Source of the DNA: Candidatus Margulisiibacteriota bacterium
GTDB lineage: Bacteria > Margulisbacteria > Marinamargulisbacteria > JBFWNS01
NCBI GenBank assembly: GCA_050250935.1
Contig: JBFWNS010000001.1
Span: 387,515-451,514, forward strand
Direction of reading: 5' to 3'
Length of the DNA stretch: 64,000 nt
In this document: in pieces, positions 31,516 through 41,478 of the stretch
Numbering within the stretch: the stretch's first letter is position 1
How the letters are laid out: every line of letters starts with the position of its first letter
Position numbers and translations under genes: made by a program
The notes under the pieces: model-generated
The model's database searches: none
What the model was told of the DNA's origin: nothing
Seen by the model: only the letters and a program-made list of their open reading frames with translations

Positions 31516-32121
31516 TTACATCCAATCGGTAAGATAGGGGAGGGTTTTTGCCTTGTCCAAAATGGCTTGCCGATTGGCAGACAACAACGAAATCGAATCC
31601 CAAGTGCCGTGCACAAAGGCTTCCCTGCGGTCTGCAGAAAGACCCACTGGCCAAGATTGGGTTCCTGCCGCAAGGGTTTTTTCGGCAATATTCAGTTCAA
31701 ATTGCGTGGTCGGCTCTGCTTCGATTAAGGCTTGAAGCTCGGTAATGGTGTCTCTTGAAACCGTCACCACCGGAATGCCCAAGGCTTTGCAATTCCCCGA
31801 AAAAATTTCAGAAAAAGACTCGCCTACTATGGCTTTAAACCCCGCCCGTAACACAGCTTGTGCCGCGTGTTCCCGAGAAGACCCACAGCCAAAATTTCTA
31901 CCCACAACCATCAGGGTTGCGTCCTTAAATTTTGGGCTGTTCAATGGGAAGTCTTTGGGCTGGCCTTCTGGGGTGTATCGGGCATCGCAAAACAAATATT
32001 TGCCCATGTTTTCAAAGGTGATTTCTTTTAAAAAACGGGCGGGGACAATGCGGTCTGTGTCGATATCGTCGCCGTAAATGGGAACGGCAGATCCGGTCAA
32101 CTTGGCCCTGATTGCATTCAT
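31516..32121 (-). CDS. leuD: 3-isopropylmalate dehydratase small subunit
   Basis: [25 protein letters not shown]. Confidence 0.96.
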   Translation of the reverse strand: MNAIRAKLTGSAVPIYGDDIDTDRIVPARFLKEITFENMGKYLFCDARYTPEGQPKDFPLNSPKFKDATLMVVGRNFGCGSSREHAAQAVLRAGFKAIVGESFSEIFSGNCKALGIPVVTVSRDTITELQALIEAEPTTQFELNIAEKTLAAGTQSWPVGLSADRREAFVHGTWDSISLLSANRQAILDKAKTLPYLTDWM

Positions 32122-33524
32122 GATACGACCTCCCGTACATCGGCCACGTGCCCGGCAACCGCAGCAGCGGCCACCATGGCGGGGCTCATTAACAGGGTGC
32201 GCCCGGTTGGGCTTCCCTGACGGCCAATAAAATTTCGGTTGCTGGACGAGGCACAAATTTGGTCGCCCATTAACCGATCTGGGTTCATGGCCAAACACAT
32301 CGAGCATCCAGCATCCCGCCATTCGGCACCGGCGCTTTTGAAAATCTCGTGCAAACCTTCCGCTTCGGCCTGAGCTTTAACTTGTTGAGAACCGGGCACC
32401 ACGATGGTTTTTACCCGAGACGAAACCCGTTTGCCAGCCAACACCTTGGCCGCTTCTCGTAAATCCGAAAGTCTGGAATTGGTGCAAGATCCAATAAAGG
32501 CCACATCAATGCCAACGGTTTGAATCGAGGCACCGGGGGCTAATTTCATGTGGGCATAGGCTTCTTCGGCCACCCCTCGTTCATCGTCTTTAAGCTCGTT
32601 TAATGTGGGAACATGACCCGAAACGCCCACCGATTGGCCTGGGGTGATGCCCCAAGTCACCATGGGTTCCAAGGCGTTGCCATCAAACACCACTGTGTCG
32701 TCGAAGACAGCATCGGATTTGGAGGCCACAGAAGCCCAAAAGGCTTTGGCTTTTTCAAACGCTTCGCCTTTGGGGGCAAATTCTCGGCCCTTCAAATAGT
32801 CAAACGTGGTTTGATCGGGGTTCACATACCCAATTCTGGCCCCGCCTTCAATGCTCATGTTACAGACTGTCATGCGTTCTTCCATGGTCATGGCGTCGAA
32901 GACCTGCCCAGCAAATTCGTAGGCATAACCAATGCCACCTTTAACCCCCAAAATTTGAATGATTTTCAAAATCACGTCTTTGGCATAAACGCCCGGTTTC
33001 AAACGGCCATCAAACTGGATTTTTCGAACTTTTAAGGGTGACAAAGCCAAGGTTTGGGTTTGCAGCACCTGCTGAACCTCAGTGGTCCCAATACCAAAGG
33101 CCAGGGAACCAAACGCACCGTGGGTGCTGGTGTGGCTGTCGCCGCAGGCAATGGTCATACCGGGCTGGGTAATGCCCAATTCGGGGCCAATCACGTGCAC
33201 GATGCCTTGTTTATGGCTGGCCAAGTCAAAATACCGAATGCCGTGGCGTTTGACGTTCTCTTCCAAAGCACGGGTCATGGTCTCGGCTTGGCCATCACTG
33301 AAGGGTCTGGCTTGATTGGCGGTTGGCACAATGTGGTCGATGGTGGCGAAAGTTCGGTTGGGAAACGCAACGGTTTGGTTGTGCTCGTTCAGAACCGCAA
33401 ACGCTTGGGGCGTCGTCACCTCGTGAATGAGGTGAAGCCCGATAAAAAGTTGATCTTGTCCGGTTGAAAGCGTGGCGACTTTGTGTAAATCCCACACATG
33501 GTTATAAAGCGTTTTTGCTGCCAT
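32118..33524 (-). CDS. leuC: 3-isopropylmalate dehydratase large subunit
   Basis: [38 protein letters not shown]. Confidence 0.97.
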   Translation of the reverse strand: MAAKTLYNHVWDLHKVATLSTGQDQLFIGLHLIHEVTTPQAFAVLNEHNQTVAFPNRTFATIDHIVPTANQARPFSDGQAETMTRALEENVKRHGIRYFDLASHKQGIVHVIGPELGITQPGMTIACGDSHTSTHGAFGSLAFGIGTTEVQQVLQTQTLALSPLKVRKIQFDGRLKPGVYAKDVILKIIQILGVKGGIGYAYEFAGQVFDAMTMEERMTVCNMSIEGGARIGYVNPDQTTFDYLKGREFAPKGEAFEKAKAFWASVASKSDAVFDDTVVFDGNALEPMVTWGITPGQSVGVSGHVPTLNELKDDERGVAEEAYAHMKLAPGASIQTVGIDVAFIGSCTNSRLSDLREAAKVLAGKRVSSRVKTIVVPGSQQVKAQAEAEGLHEIFKSAGAEWRDAGCSMCLAMNPDRLMGDQICASSSNRNFIGRQGSPTGRTLLMSPAMVAAAAVAGHVADVREVVS

Positions 33525-33599
33525 TGGTCTCACCTCTGGTACAACTGTAGAGGAAACCCAAATCGCAGACAAGGCAGAAAATGTCAGTGGCGCTTGATT

Positions 33600-34475
33600 T
33601 TAGGCCAACAGTTTTTCTTGGATTTCTCGGTATTTGGCCGCTGTTTTTTGGACGATGGTATCGGGCAGCGCCGGGGCTGGGGGTTGTTTGTCCCAGGTAA
33701 TGGATTCCAAATAGTCGCGAACGATTTGTTTGTCGTAGCTGGGTGGGGAAATACCAGGTTCGTAGGTGGCCGCATCCCAATATCGGGACGAATCGGGGGT
33801 AAAGATTTCATCGATCAACAAAATTTCGCCATTTACAATGCCAAATTCAAACTTGGTGTCGGCCAAAATAATGCCCCGTTTTTGGGCATAATCGTGGGCG
33901 TGATTGTACAGCGCCAAACTGATGGCTTCGAGCTTGTTGGTTAAATCTTTTCCAATCACCGAAACCATATAGGCCGTCGACACATTTTCGTCGTGGCCTG
34001 AGGCAGCTTTGGTGGCTGGGGTGAAGATGGGGGTGGGTAATGGGTCGGCCAACTTTAAATTCGCCGGCAAAATGTGGCCACAAACAGCCCCTGTTTTTTG
34101 ATAGTCCTTCCAGCCCGAGCCGGCCAAATAGCCGCGAACCACGCATTCAAATTCAATCAAATCGGTTTTTTTCACCAAAATGGACCGGCCCCGAAGTTGG
34201 TCTAGGTAGGGTTTGGCCAGGTCTGGAAATTGGGTTTCGTCGGCCGTAATGATGTGATTGCCCACAATATGCCGGGTTTGCTCGAACCAAAACAGGGACA
34301 CCGCTGTTAGTACAGCCCCTTTGTTGGGAATCCCGTTGGGCATGATGCAATCAAAGGCCGACACCCGGTCCGAGGAGACAATCAGCAGATTGTCTCCGAA
34401 ATCGTAAACACTACGAACCTTGCCTGTTTTGAATAAAGGGAGTGTGGGGAAATTAAGGTTCAATAAGGGTTCCAT
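33600..34475 (-). CDS. purC: SAICAR synthase
   Basis: GKVRSVY, SDRVSAFD, ECVVRGYLAGS, ADTKFEFG, DEIFTPDSSR, DKQ. Confidence 0.97.
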   Translation of the reverse strand: MEPLLNLNFPTLPLFKTGKVRSVYDFGDNLLIVSSDRVSAFDCIMPNGIPNKGAVLTAVSLFWFEQTRHIVGNHIITADETQFPDLAKPYLDQLRGRSILVKKTDLIEFECVVRGYLAGSGWKDYQKTGAVCGHILPANLKLADPLPTPIFTPATKAASGHDENVSTAYMVSVIGKDLTNKLEAISLALYNHAHDYAQKRGIILADTKFEFGIVNGEILLIDEIFTPDSSRYWDAATYEPGISPPSYDKQIVRDYLESITWDKQPPAPALPDTIVQKTAAKYREIQEKLLA

Positions 34476-34478
34476 AGC

Positions 34479-37400
34479 CTAGTCCTCAACCCCAAAGAGC
34501 CGCTTCATCTTGCCCAAACTCCAGACTCGGAACCGTTCGATAAAACTATAGGCCGCGGGAACGACCACCAAGGTTAAAAGGGTCGAGCTAATCAACCCCC
34601 CAATAATGGCCACACCCATGCTGGTGCGTTGTCGAGAGGCTTCGTTTAAACCAATGGCAATGGGCATCATCCCGGCAATCAAGGACAAGGTGGTCATCAG
34701 GATGGGGCGTAACCGGGTTTTTCCGGCTTCGATGACAGCGTCGTGGTGACTGAGGCCTTTTTGGACCAACTGGTTGGTATAGTCCACCAACAGAATGGAG
34801 TTTTTAGACGCGATCCCCAACAGCATGATGCACCCAATCATCGAGAAAATATCCAGGGATTTTCCGCCCACAAAGAGCCCGTAAAAGGCCCCGCAAGCCG
34901 CCAAGGGCAACACCAACATAATGGTAAACGGTGTTACAAACGACTCGTACAAACTGGCCAAAACCAAATAGATGAACAGAATGCCCAAACAGGCCGCGAT
35001 CATCATGTTTTGTCCGAGCTCTTGGAAGTTTTCGGCTTGTCCAACAAAGCTATATCGAACCCCTTCTGGCAATTTAATGTCGTTTTTGAACATCTCGTCG
35101 ATGTCTTTCATCGCGCCACCAATACCAGGACCGTTGGGGGTGATATCCGCGGCAATTTGCACATATCTGGCCCGGTCTTGTCTGGTGATGTTGGTGGGAC
35201 CTGTGGTTCGGTAAGGCCTTGCAACACTGGATAGGCGAACCAAGCTTCGGTTGATATTGGGAACATAAACCTCGTCAAATCGGGCTTCCAAATCGCGTTT
35301 ATCGGGCTGGAGTCGAACCCGGATATCGTATTCTTCGCCATTGATGCGGAATACCGCAGGAACCGATCCTTCCACCTGGGTCCGAAGTTCACTACCCAAA
35401 GCGGTGCTGGAAATCCCCAATTGATCGGCTTTTCGACCTTCTAGCACAACCTGAAACTCGGGTTTACCGGCTTTAAAGCTAAATTCGGGATCCAACAAAG
35501 CGGGATGGTTTTTCAACCGTGCAAAGACCTGAGTCCCGATGGCCTCAAGTTGGTGTAGATCGCTGCCCACAATGTTCAGGGTAAAGGGCCGTTGTCCCCC
35601 ACCCACCGCGTCATAGTCTTTGACGATGGGTTTGGCATCAGCAAAAGGCTTCAACTGGTCTCTTAACAGGGCTTTAAAGTCTGAAGTGTTCATTTTTCGG
35701 TGTTTGCTGTCCACCAAACTGACATAGATATTGGTCACGTTGGGCGCACCTTCTGCACTACCAATCGTCATGATCGAGGTTTGAACTTCTTTGTTTTGGC
35801 GCACCAAAGCGTCGACCCGTTTGGCCACCACAGCCATGCCATCCAAACTGGTACCAGGAGGGGTTTCCAAGCTCACCATAAACTCTCCAAAATCTTGGGC
35901 TGGCAAGAAGGTTTTAGGTACTTTTTTAACAATTTGGATACTGCCCACAAAAATCACAATGGCCAGAAAAATAATCAAGAGTGGGAACCGCAGGGTGAAC
36001 TTTAAGACGCGGCCATAAAGCGCTTCAAGACCATCTTGAACTTTGCCAAAACCGCGCACAATCAAGCCCACAGAATTGTTCCAAAGGCCCGTTGTTTTAT
36101 CTTCGTGCTTGTTGGCAAAATAGGCGGAAAGCATGGGCGCAATGGTCAAGGCATCAAACAAACTAATGATCATGGCAAAACAAATGGTCATGCCAAATTC
36201 TTTGAAAAACTGCCCCACCATCCCTTGCAAAAAGGCAATGGGTCCAAACACGGCAATCACCGATAGTGTGGTGGCAATAACGGCCAGCATAACCTCTTTG
36301 GAACCTTCCAAGGCGGCCAGTTTTCCCGACTTGCCCATTTCGATGTGACGGAAAATATTTTCCCGAACCACAATGGCGTCATCCACCAACAAGCCCACGG
36401 ACAAACTCAGGGCCAACAAACTCATCACGTTAATCGAAAAGCCAGCAAAGGCCATCAGCATAAAGGCCCCCAACAACGAGTTGGGCAAAGCCAAGGCTGT
36501 GATGATGGTGGAGCGTCCACTGCCCAAAAACAAATAGACCACCAAAATCGTCAGGGCAATCCCAATGATGATGGATTCTTTAACGTCATCCACGTTGGCG
36601 CGGATCATTTTGGCCCCGTCTCGAACCACCACCACTTGGGGAGAACCGGATTCTGCTTCGAGTTCTTTATTCAGTTGGTTCACCCGTTTGATAACGGCAT
36701 TCACCACCTCGATGGTGTTGGATCCCGATTGGCGATACACCTGCAAAAAGAGGGTTTTTTGACCATCGACAAAGGCCCTGTTTTTTTCGTCTTCCAGGTC
36801 TTCTTTAACCGTTCCAAGATCTTGAACTTTAACCGCAACGTCGTTGCCCATGAAGTTCACCACGGTTTTGCCAATGTCTGACAACGAGTTGTATTCGCCC
36901 AGGGTTCTAAGGACTGTTTCGCTGGTGCCTTGATCCACTTTCCCAGCGGGCACATTCATGCCCGAATCGGCGATGGCACTGCTGACTTTCGAGGCCGACA
37001 CTTCGTGGGCCTTTAGCTTGGCGGGGTCAAGATCGACATGGATTTCCCGTTTTCTGCCGCCGATAATGCTGACCAATCCCACTTGGTTGACCTGCTCGAT
37101 TTTGGGCTTGATCCGCAAATTGGTTAGGTCGAACAATTGGGCTGGTGGCAAATTGGACTTGATGGCCAAAATCAGAATCGGTTGATCGGCCGGGTCAATC
37201 CGCCGAATGGTGGATTCTTCGGTATCGTGGGGGAGCTTGCTTCGGGCCGAAGACACCCGGTCTCGAATTTGTTGCTCGGCATATTTGACATCTGTTTTGA
37301 GTGTAAATTCGGCGACAACCACGGACACCCCTTCCGCGCTGGTCGAGGTCACCCGCTTAATGCCGGGCAAGGTGCTGATTTCTTCTTCCAACACCTTCGA

Positions 37401-37592
37401 AATCAGGGTTTCAACTTCAGAGGGCCCTGCACCCGGATAGGGGGTGGTGATGGTTACAACCGGAAAGGTTACATCTGGAAACAAGTCGACTGGCAATTTT
37501 TTAAGGGATAAATAACCCAATGCCAACATCAACACGACGATACAGGTGATAAAAATAGGGCGTTTAATGGCGGTATTTGCTAGGCTACTCAT
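34479..37592 (-). CDS. RND efflux transporter (HAE1/AcrB-like)
   Basis: IKRP start, GLLVDDAIVVRENI, KNSILLVD and RLRPILMT proton-relay motifs. Confidence 0.97.
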   Translation of the reverse strand: MSSLANTAIKRPIFITCIVVLMLALGYLSLKKLPVDLFPDVTFPVVTITTPYPGAGPSEVETLISKVLEEEISTLPGIKRVTSTSAEGVSVVVAEFTLKTDVKYAEQQIRDRVSSARSKLPHDTEESTIRRIDPADQPILILAIKSNLPPAQLFDLTNLRIKPKIEQVNQVGLVSIIGGRKREIHVDLDPAKLKAHEVSASKVSSAIADSGMNVPAGKVDQGTSETVLRTLGEYNSLSDIGKTVVNFMGNDVAVKVQDLGTVKEDLEDEKNRAFVDGQKTLFLQVYRQSGSNTIEVVNAVIKRVNQLNKELEAESGSPQVVVVRDGAKMIRANVDDVKESIIIGIALTILVVYLFLGSGRSTIITALALPNSLLGAFMLMAFAGFSINVMSLLALSLSVGLLVDDAIVVRENIFRHIEMGKSGKLAALEGSKEVMLAVIATTLSVIAVFGPIAFLQGMVGQFFKEFGMTICFAMIISLFDALTIAPMLSAYFANKHEDKTTGLWNNSVGLIVRGFGKVQDGLEALYGRVLKFTLRFPLLIIFLAIVIFVGSIQIVKKVPKTFLPAQDFGEFMVSLETPPGTSLDGMAVVAKRVDALVRQNKEVQTSIMTIGSAEGAPNVTNIYVSLVDSKHRKMNTSDFKALLRDQLKPFADAKPIVKDYDAVGGGQRPFTLNIVGSDLHQLEAIGTQVFARLKNHPALLDPEFSFKAGKPEFQVVLEGRKADQLGISSTALGSELRTQVEGSVPAVFRINGEEYDIRVRLQPDKRDLEARFDEVYVPNINRSLVRLSSVARPYRTTGPTNITRQDRARYVQIAADITPNGPGIGGAMKDIDEMFKNDIKLPEGVRYSFVGQAENFQELGQNMMIAACLGILFIYLVLASLYESFVTPFTIMLVLPLAACGAFYGLFVGGKSLDIFSMIGCIMLLGIASKNSILLVDYTNQLVQKGLSHHDAVIEAGKTRLRPILMTTLSLIAGMMPIAIGLNEASRQRTSMGVAIIGGLISSTLLTLVVVPAAYSFIERFRVWSLGKMKRLFGVED

Positions 37593-37595
37593 GGT

Positions 37596-39005
37596 TTAAC
37601 TCCCAAACCGTTTCAATTGAACATAGGCGGCAATAACATCGGATTCTGCCCGCAGTCGATTCAACTGTGCCAAGGCATAATCTTGTTCGAACAAGAGGAC
37701 TTGATACAAGGTACTGCGACCTTTTTGGTGTTTTTCAACCTCGTATTGCCATTTGCTGTACTGTGTTTTTTCAATGTGGGCCACTATATTGAGGCGTTTT
37801 TTGGCATCTCCCAGCTTTTGGGTCCAATCCACCCATTCTTGGTCTTGATCGAATTGACGTTGTTGCAAGGTGGCTTTGGCAGACTCGTAGTCTTTAACAG
37901 CCCCTTTGAGGATATCGTCGACCAAAGGACCGTCCAGAGACGTGGAAAATTTAAGACCAATCATGCCGGTGGGATACCGTGTGGACAGGGTGCTGGTCGC
38001 CGCTTCTGTAAGCGTGGGGTAGTGTTGATTCAAGGCCACACTGGCAAAAGCATCCAACACAGGGGTCAAGCGCTGGCGATTGATTTCCACATTGGCCGAG
38101 GTGGCTTCAAGCCCAGCATAGGCGGCTTTTAAGTCGTCTCTGAGTTGAGGCTTTACGGGTTGGGCCATGGCCATTAAGGCGTCGTCGGATGGGAAATCCA
38201 AGGTTTCGGTTGCAGTCCCTTCCGAAGCATTGCGATAGGCATTGAAGGCCCGTTTTGCCCCCCGCAATTCGTCTTCTGCCGTTTGAAGTTCCAAGCGCCG
38301 AAGCTCTACGTTGGCTTGGGCTTGAAGTGCATCCGAGCGATCGCCCAATTCCAAGGCATTTCGCCGGGACACCCAATCCGACATTTTTTGGGCCCTTGCC
38401 ACTCCGTCTTTGTAAATTTTGACGGCTTGCTGAGCCAAGGCCAACCGCCAATAGACGGCTTCGGCCTGATTTAAGACCTGGGTTACCACATACTGATTGG
38501 ACAATTGTTGGGCATTGGCCTGGGCCATGATGACCCGTTTATTGGCCCCGATTAAACTTCCGCCAGCCCCTCTCCACAAGGGATGGGTGATTTCGATCAT
38601 GGGCTTGGCATCGTAATAGGCGGTTTGTGACACAAAAAAGGGATTGGCCCCGACCAAGGAAGTGTAGGCCAAGCTATAGCCGGCTTTCAATTGGGTCCCC
38701 ATAGACAATTGGGTCGAAACCCCTGCATCCACGGAATAGGCCAAGGTTTGTTCGCCTGTAAAGGTGGTCATCGGGCCCAATTTAGAGTCGGAAAGCGCTT
38801 GCCCATTGGAATAAAAAACCGGCGTGGTCGATAGATTGCTTTCTTTTTGTTTTAACGCTGCAGCTTCAATGGCCAGCTTAGCCCCCACAATGGTTTTGTT
38901 CTGTCGCTGAACCTCTTGCAAATAGCTTTGCAGGGGCATTGTTTTGGGTTGAGCCATTAAGGGCGAGGCCAGTAAAAGGGCAATAGCCCCAAGTTTGATT
39001 CTCAT
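37596..39005 (-). CDS. TolC-family outer membrane efflux protein
   Basis: Signal peptide, repeated helical/beta TolC pattern, position between the TetR and RND genes. Confidence 0.88.
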   Translation of the reverse strand: MRIKLGAIALLLASPLMAQPKTMPLQSYLQEVQRQNKTIVGAKLAIEAAALKQKESNLSTTPVFYSNGQALSDSKLGPMTTFTGEQTLAYSVDAGVSTQLSMGTQLKAGYSLAYTSLVGANPFFVSQTAYYDAKPMIEITHPLWRGAGGSLIGANKRVIMAQANAQQLSNQYVVTQVLNQAEAVYWRLALAQQAVKIYKDGVARAQKMSDWVSRRNALELGDRSDALQAQANVELRRLELQTAEDELRGAKRAFNAYRNASEGTATETLDFPSDDALMAMAQPVKPQLRDDLKAAYAGLEATSANVEINRQRLTPVLDAFASVALNQHYPTLTEAATSTLSTRYPTGMIGLKFSTSLDGPLVDDILKGAVKDYESAKATLQQRQFDQDQEWVDWTQKLGDAKKRLNIVAHIEKTQYSKWQYEVEKHQKGRSTLYQVLLFEQDYALAQLNRLRAESDVIAAYVQLKRFGS

Positions 39006-39008
39006 AAG

Positions 39009-39650
39009 TTAGTCCTTTCTTGAAAATTTTTCAGATAAAATGCCATGCACATGAATGGCCACAACATGGTCGACCACTTTTTTGCGGTAGTCTGCAAACT
39101 GAATGGTGCGTTCAAAATAGCGGTTTCGCACATCATCCATACGGCCCACATCAACCAATGCCCCAATTAACAGGGACACACAGATGGGCACTTCAATATC
39201 GGCTCTCAAAAACCCCTTCTCTTTTGCATGGTTAAAAAAATCACACACCACTTCAAACGATTTTAAAAAGACATTTTTGAACATGTCTTCCATAAAGGGC
39301 AATTGAATTTCAAATTCTCGGTGTACAATTTTCGTTACTTCTGGATTTTCAGCATAAAACAACACCAATTCTTCCACGAACATCTGAAGGCGGATTTTAA
39401 ACTCGGCCACAGACTGGGGTGGGGTTAAAATGCGTTGCATCATGGCCAGGTTTTGCTGAGCCCCTTGCCCGATACAGGACTGATACATCCCCTCTTTACC
39501 ATTAAAATGATAGCTGACGGCCCCAATGTTGACGCCGGCTTCGTCGGCAATGTCTTTGACGGTTGTCCCATCGAAGCCATTTTTGGCAAACATTTTTTTG
39601 GCTGATTTAATTAGAAGGGCTTTGGTTGAGTCGTCTTGTGGGGAAATCAT
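39009..39650 (-). CDS. TetR/AcrR-family regulator
   Basis: FAKNGFDGTTVKDIADEAGVNIGAVSYHFNGKE HTH. Confidence 0.95.
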   Translation of the reverse strand: MISPQDDSTKALLIKSAKKMFAKNGFDGTTVKDIADEAGVNIGAVSYHFNGKEGMYQSCIGQGAQQNLAMMQRILTPPQSVAEFKIRLQMFVEELVLFYAENPEVTKIVHREFEIQLPFMEDMFKNVFLKSFEVVCDFFNHAKEKGFLRADIEVPICVSLLIGALVDVGRMDDVRNRYFERTIQFADYRKKVVDHVVAIHVHGILSEKFSRKD

Positions 39651-39663
39651 AAAAGCTTCTCAA

Positions 39664-39704
39664 AATTTAAAACATGCTTTCGAAAACGTCAAACAATCGT
39701 TTGA
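39664..39704 (-). promoter_or_regulatory. Sigma70 promoter of the TetR-TolC-RND operon with an overlapping palindromic operator
   Basis: Minus strand TTGACG-17 nt-TAAATT; inverted repeat TCAAAC-N4-GTTTGA at 39689-39704 overlaps the -35. Confidence 0.65.
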
Positions 39705-39721
39705 ATTTTTGGGACTGGATT

Positions 39722-39798
<77 letters not shown>

Positions 39799-39811
39799 AT
39801 ATTAAGAAAAC

Positions 39812-40306
39812 TTACCGCTCGTCGAAAAACTTAGAGAAATCTTCGGGCTTGATGGAATCGATGAAGTCTTTGAATTTTTGGGTATCTTCTTCATCTTTTT
39901 CGGTGTTGACCATCTTGGCCTTCAGCATCACGGCTTCGGACACAAAGATGGGCACATTGGCCCGAACGGCAATGGCGATGGCATCCGAAGGTCTGGCATC
40001 CACAGCGACTGGGGTTTTTTGACCTTCTGGCAACACCTCGACGATGGCATAAAAGGTGCTATCCACAATCTCGTTGATGATGACCTTTTGGATGGTCCCC
40101 TTCAACACCGTCACCATTTTGGTGATCAAATCGTGGGTCATGGGGCGTGGGGGACGAAAGTCCTGAAGCTCCATGGCAATGGCCGCAGCCTCAAACATGC
40201 CGATCCAAATGGGCAAAAAATTCCGTTCTTCGAGATCCCGAAGCAACACAATCGGCGACATGTTTTTGGGATCAAACCCCAATCCACCGAGCTGCATTTC
40301 GATCAT
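39812..40306 (-). CDS. Bifunctional nuclease family protein (DUF151)
   Basis: LPIWIG.FEA.AIA, RPMTHDL, DARPSDAIAIA. Confidence 0.92.
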   Translation of the reverse strand: MIEMQLGGLGFDPKNMSPIVLLRDLEERNFLPIWIGMFEAAAIAMELQDFRPPRPMTHDLITKMVTVLKGTIQKVIINEIVDSTFYAIVEVLPEGQKTPVAVDARPSDAIAIAVRANVPIFVSEAVMLKAKMVNTEKDEEDTQKFKDFIDSIKPEDFSKFFDER

Positions 40307-40324
40307 GGGATGAACTCCGGTAGG

Positions 40325-40669
40325 CTACTGTTCGGCTACTGCAACGATTTGGTCGAAAATAGCTGGGTTTTCGATGGCCAAAGACGAAAGCATTTTGCGA
40401 TTCAACTGAATGCCTTGCTTGTGCAACGCACCAATAAATTTGGAATACGAAATGCGGCCAGCCAAAGCCGCACCGATGCGGACATTCCACAAGGCACGGA
40501 ATTCGCCACGTTTATTGCGACGGTCGTTGTAAGCATGGCACAACGCGTTGATAACCGCTTGTCGGGCTGGGCGATACAACTTGGACAGGGGCCCACGGTA
40601 GCCCTTGGCTAGCTCTAGAACTTTTTTATGACGTTTCCGGGATACGTTCCCGCGTTTAACTCGAGACAT
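40325..40669 (-). CDS. rplT: 50S ribosomal protein L20
   Basis: MSRVKRG, AKGYRG, FRALWNVRI. Confidence 0.97.
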   Translation of the reverse strand: MSRVKRGNVSRKRHKKVLELAKGYRGPLSKLYRPARQAVINALCHAYNDRRNKRGEFRALWNVRIGAALAGRISYSKFIGALHKQGIQLNRKMLSSLAIENPAIFDQIVAVAEQ

Positions 40670-40697
40670 GGATGATTCTCCTCAACTGAAATGAATT

Positions 40698-40895
40698 TTA
40701 GGCGTAGGGAAGCAATTGCTTCATGGATTTTTCGTCGGATGCAGAGACGGTTAGGTTACCGCGTTTGTTCCGCTTCAATTTTGAACTTTGGTGCTCCAAC
40801 AAGTGGCGCATGCCGGTGCGTTGGCGTTTTAATTTACCGGAGCCTGTCACTTTAATGCGCTTGGCAGCGGCTTTCTTTGTTTTTAATTTTTTCAT
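40698..40895 (-). CDS. rpmI: 50S ribosomal protein L35
   Basis: KLKTKKAAAKRIKVTGSGK, RHLL. Confidence 0.96.
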   Translation of the reverse strand: MKKLKTKKAAAKRIKVTGSGKLKRQRTGMRHLLEHQSSKLKRNKRGNLTVSASDEKSMKQLLPYA

Positions 40896-40925
40896 AAATA
40901 AACTCCTTAAGACGAATAAAACAGG

Positions 40926-41432
40926 TTATTTTGGGTTCAAAATGACCACCAAAGACCGGTGGGCACTTTGGACATCTGCTTGGCCTGGGGCGATCAGATC
41001 GGTCACACTTTCGAGGTATTTTTGAACCAACGCTCTTCCCAATTCGGGGTGGACGATTTCTCGGCCACGAAAGGGGATGCATAATTTAACACGAAATCCC
41101 TTTTTCAAAAACTCTCTGCCGCGATCCACACGAACTTGGTAATCGTGGGCCGAGATTTTGGGGCTCATTTTAAGTTCTTTAAGAACCTGACCCTTCACTA
41201 CTTTTTTTGCTTGTTTTTCTTTTTTGTGTTGCTGATATTTAAACTCACCAAAATCGATTAAGCGACACACAGGGGGGTTGGCTTCTTCGGAGACCAACAA
41301 CAGATCGAGGTTTTTTTGTCTGGCCATCTCTCTGGCTTCTTCGATTCGAACAACGCCAGCCTGGTTTCCTTCATCATCAATCAAACGAACGGTGGTCGCT
41401 CTGATTTTTTCATTTAAAATATACTTTTTAAT
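40926..41432 (-). CDS. infC: Translation initiation factor IF-3 (AUU start)
   Basis: LNEKIRA, PPVCRLIDFG, KELKM; AAGGAGG 8 nt before an in-frame ATT at 41432. Confidence 0.95.
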   Translation of the reverse strand: MKKYILNEKIRATTVRLIDDEGNQAGVVRIEEAREMARQKNLDLLLVSEEANPPVCRLIDFGEFKYQQHKKEKQAKKVVKGQVLKELKMSPKISAHDYQVRVDRGREFLKKGFRVKLCIPFRGREIVHPELGRALVQKYLESVTDLIAPGQADVQSAHRSLVVILNPK

Positions 41433-41478
41433 ACAACCGGCCTCCTTGTGGACATTTGGAACGGGCAGTATACACCGC

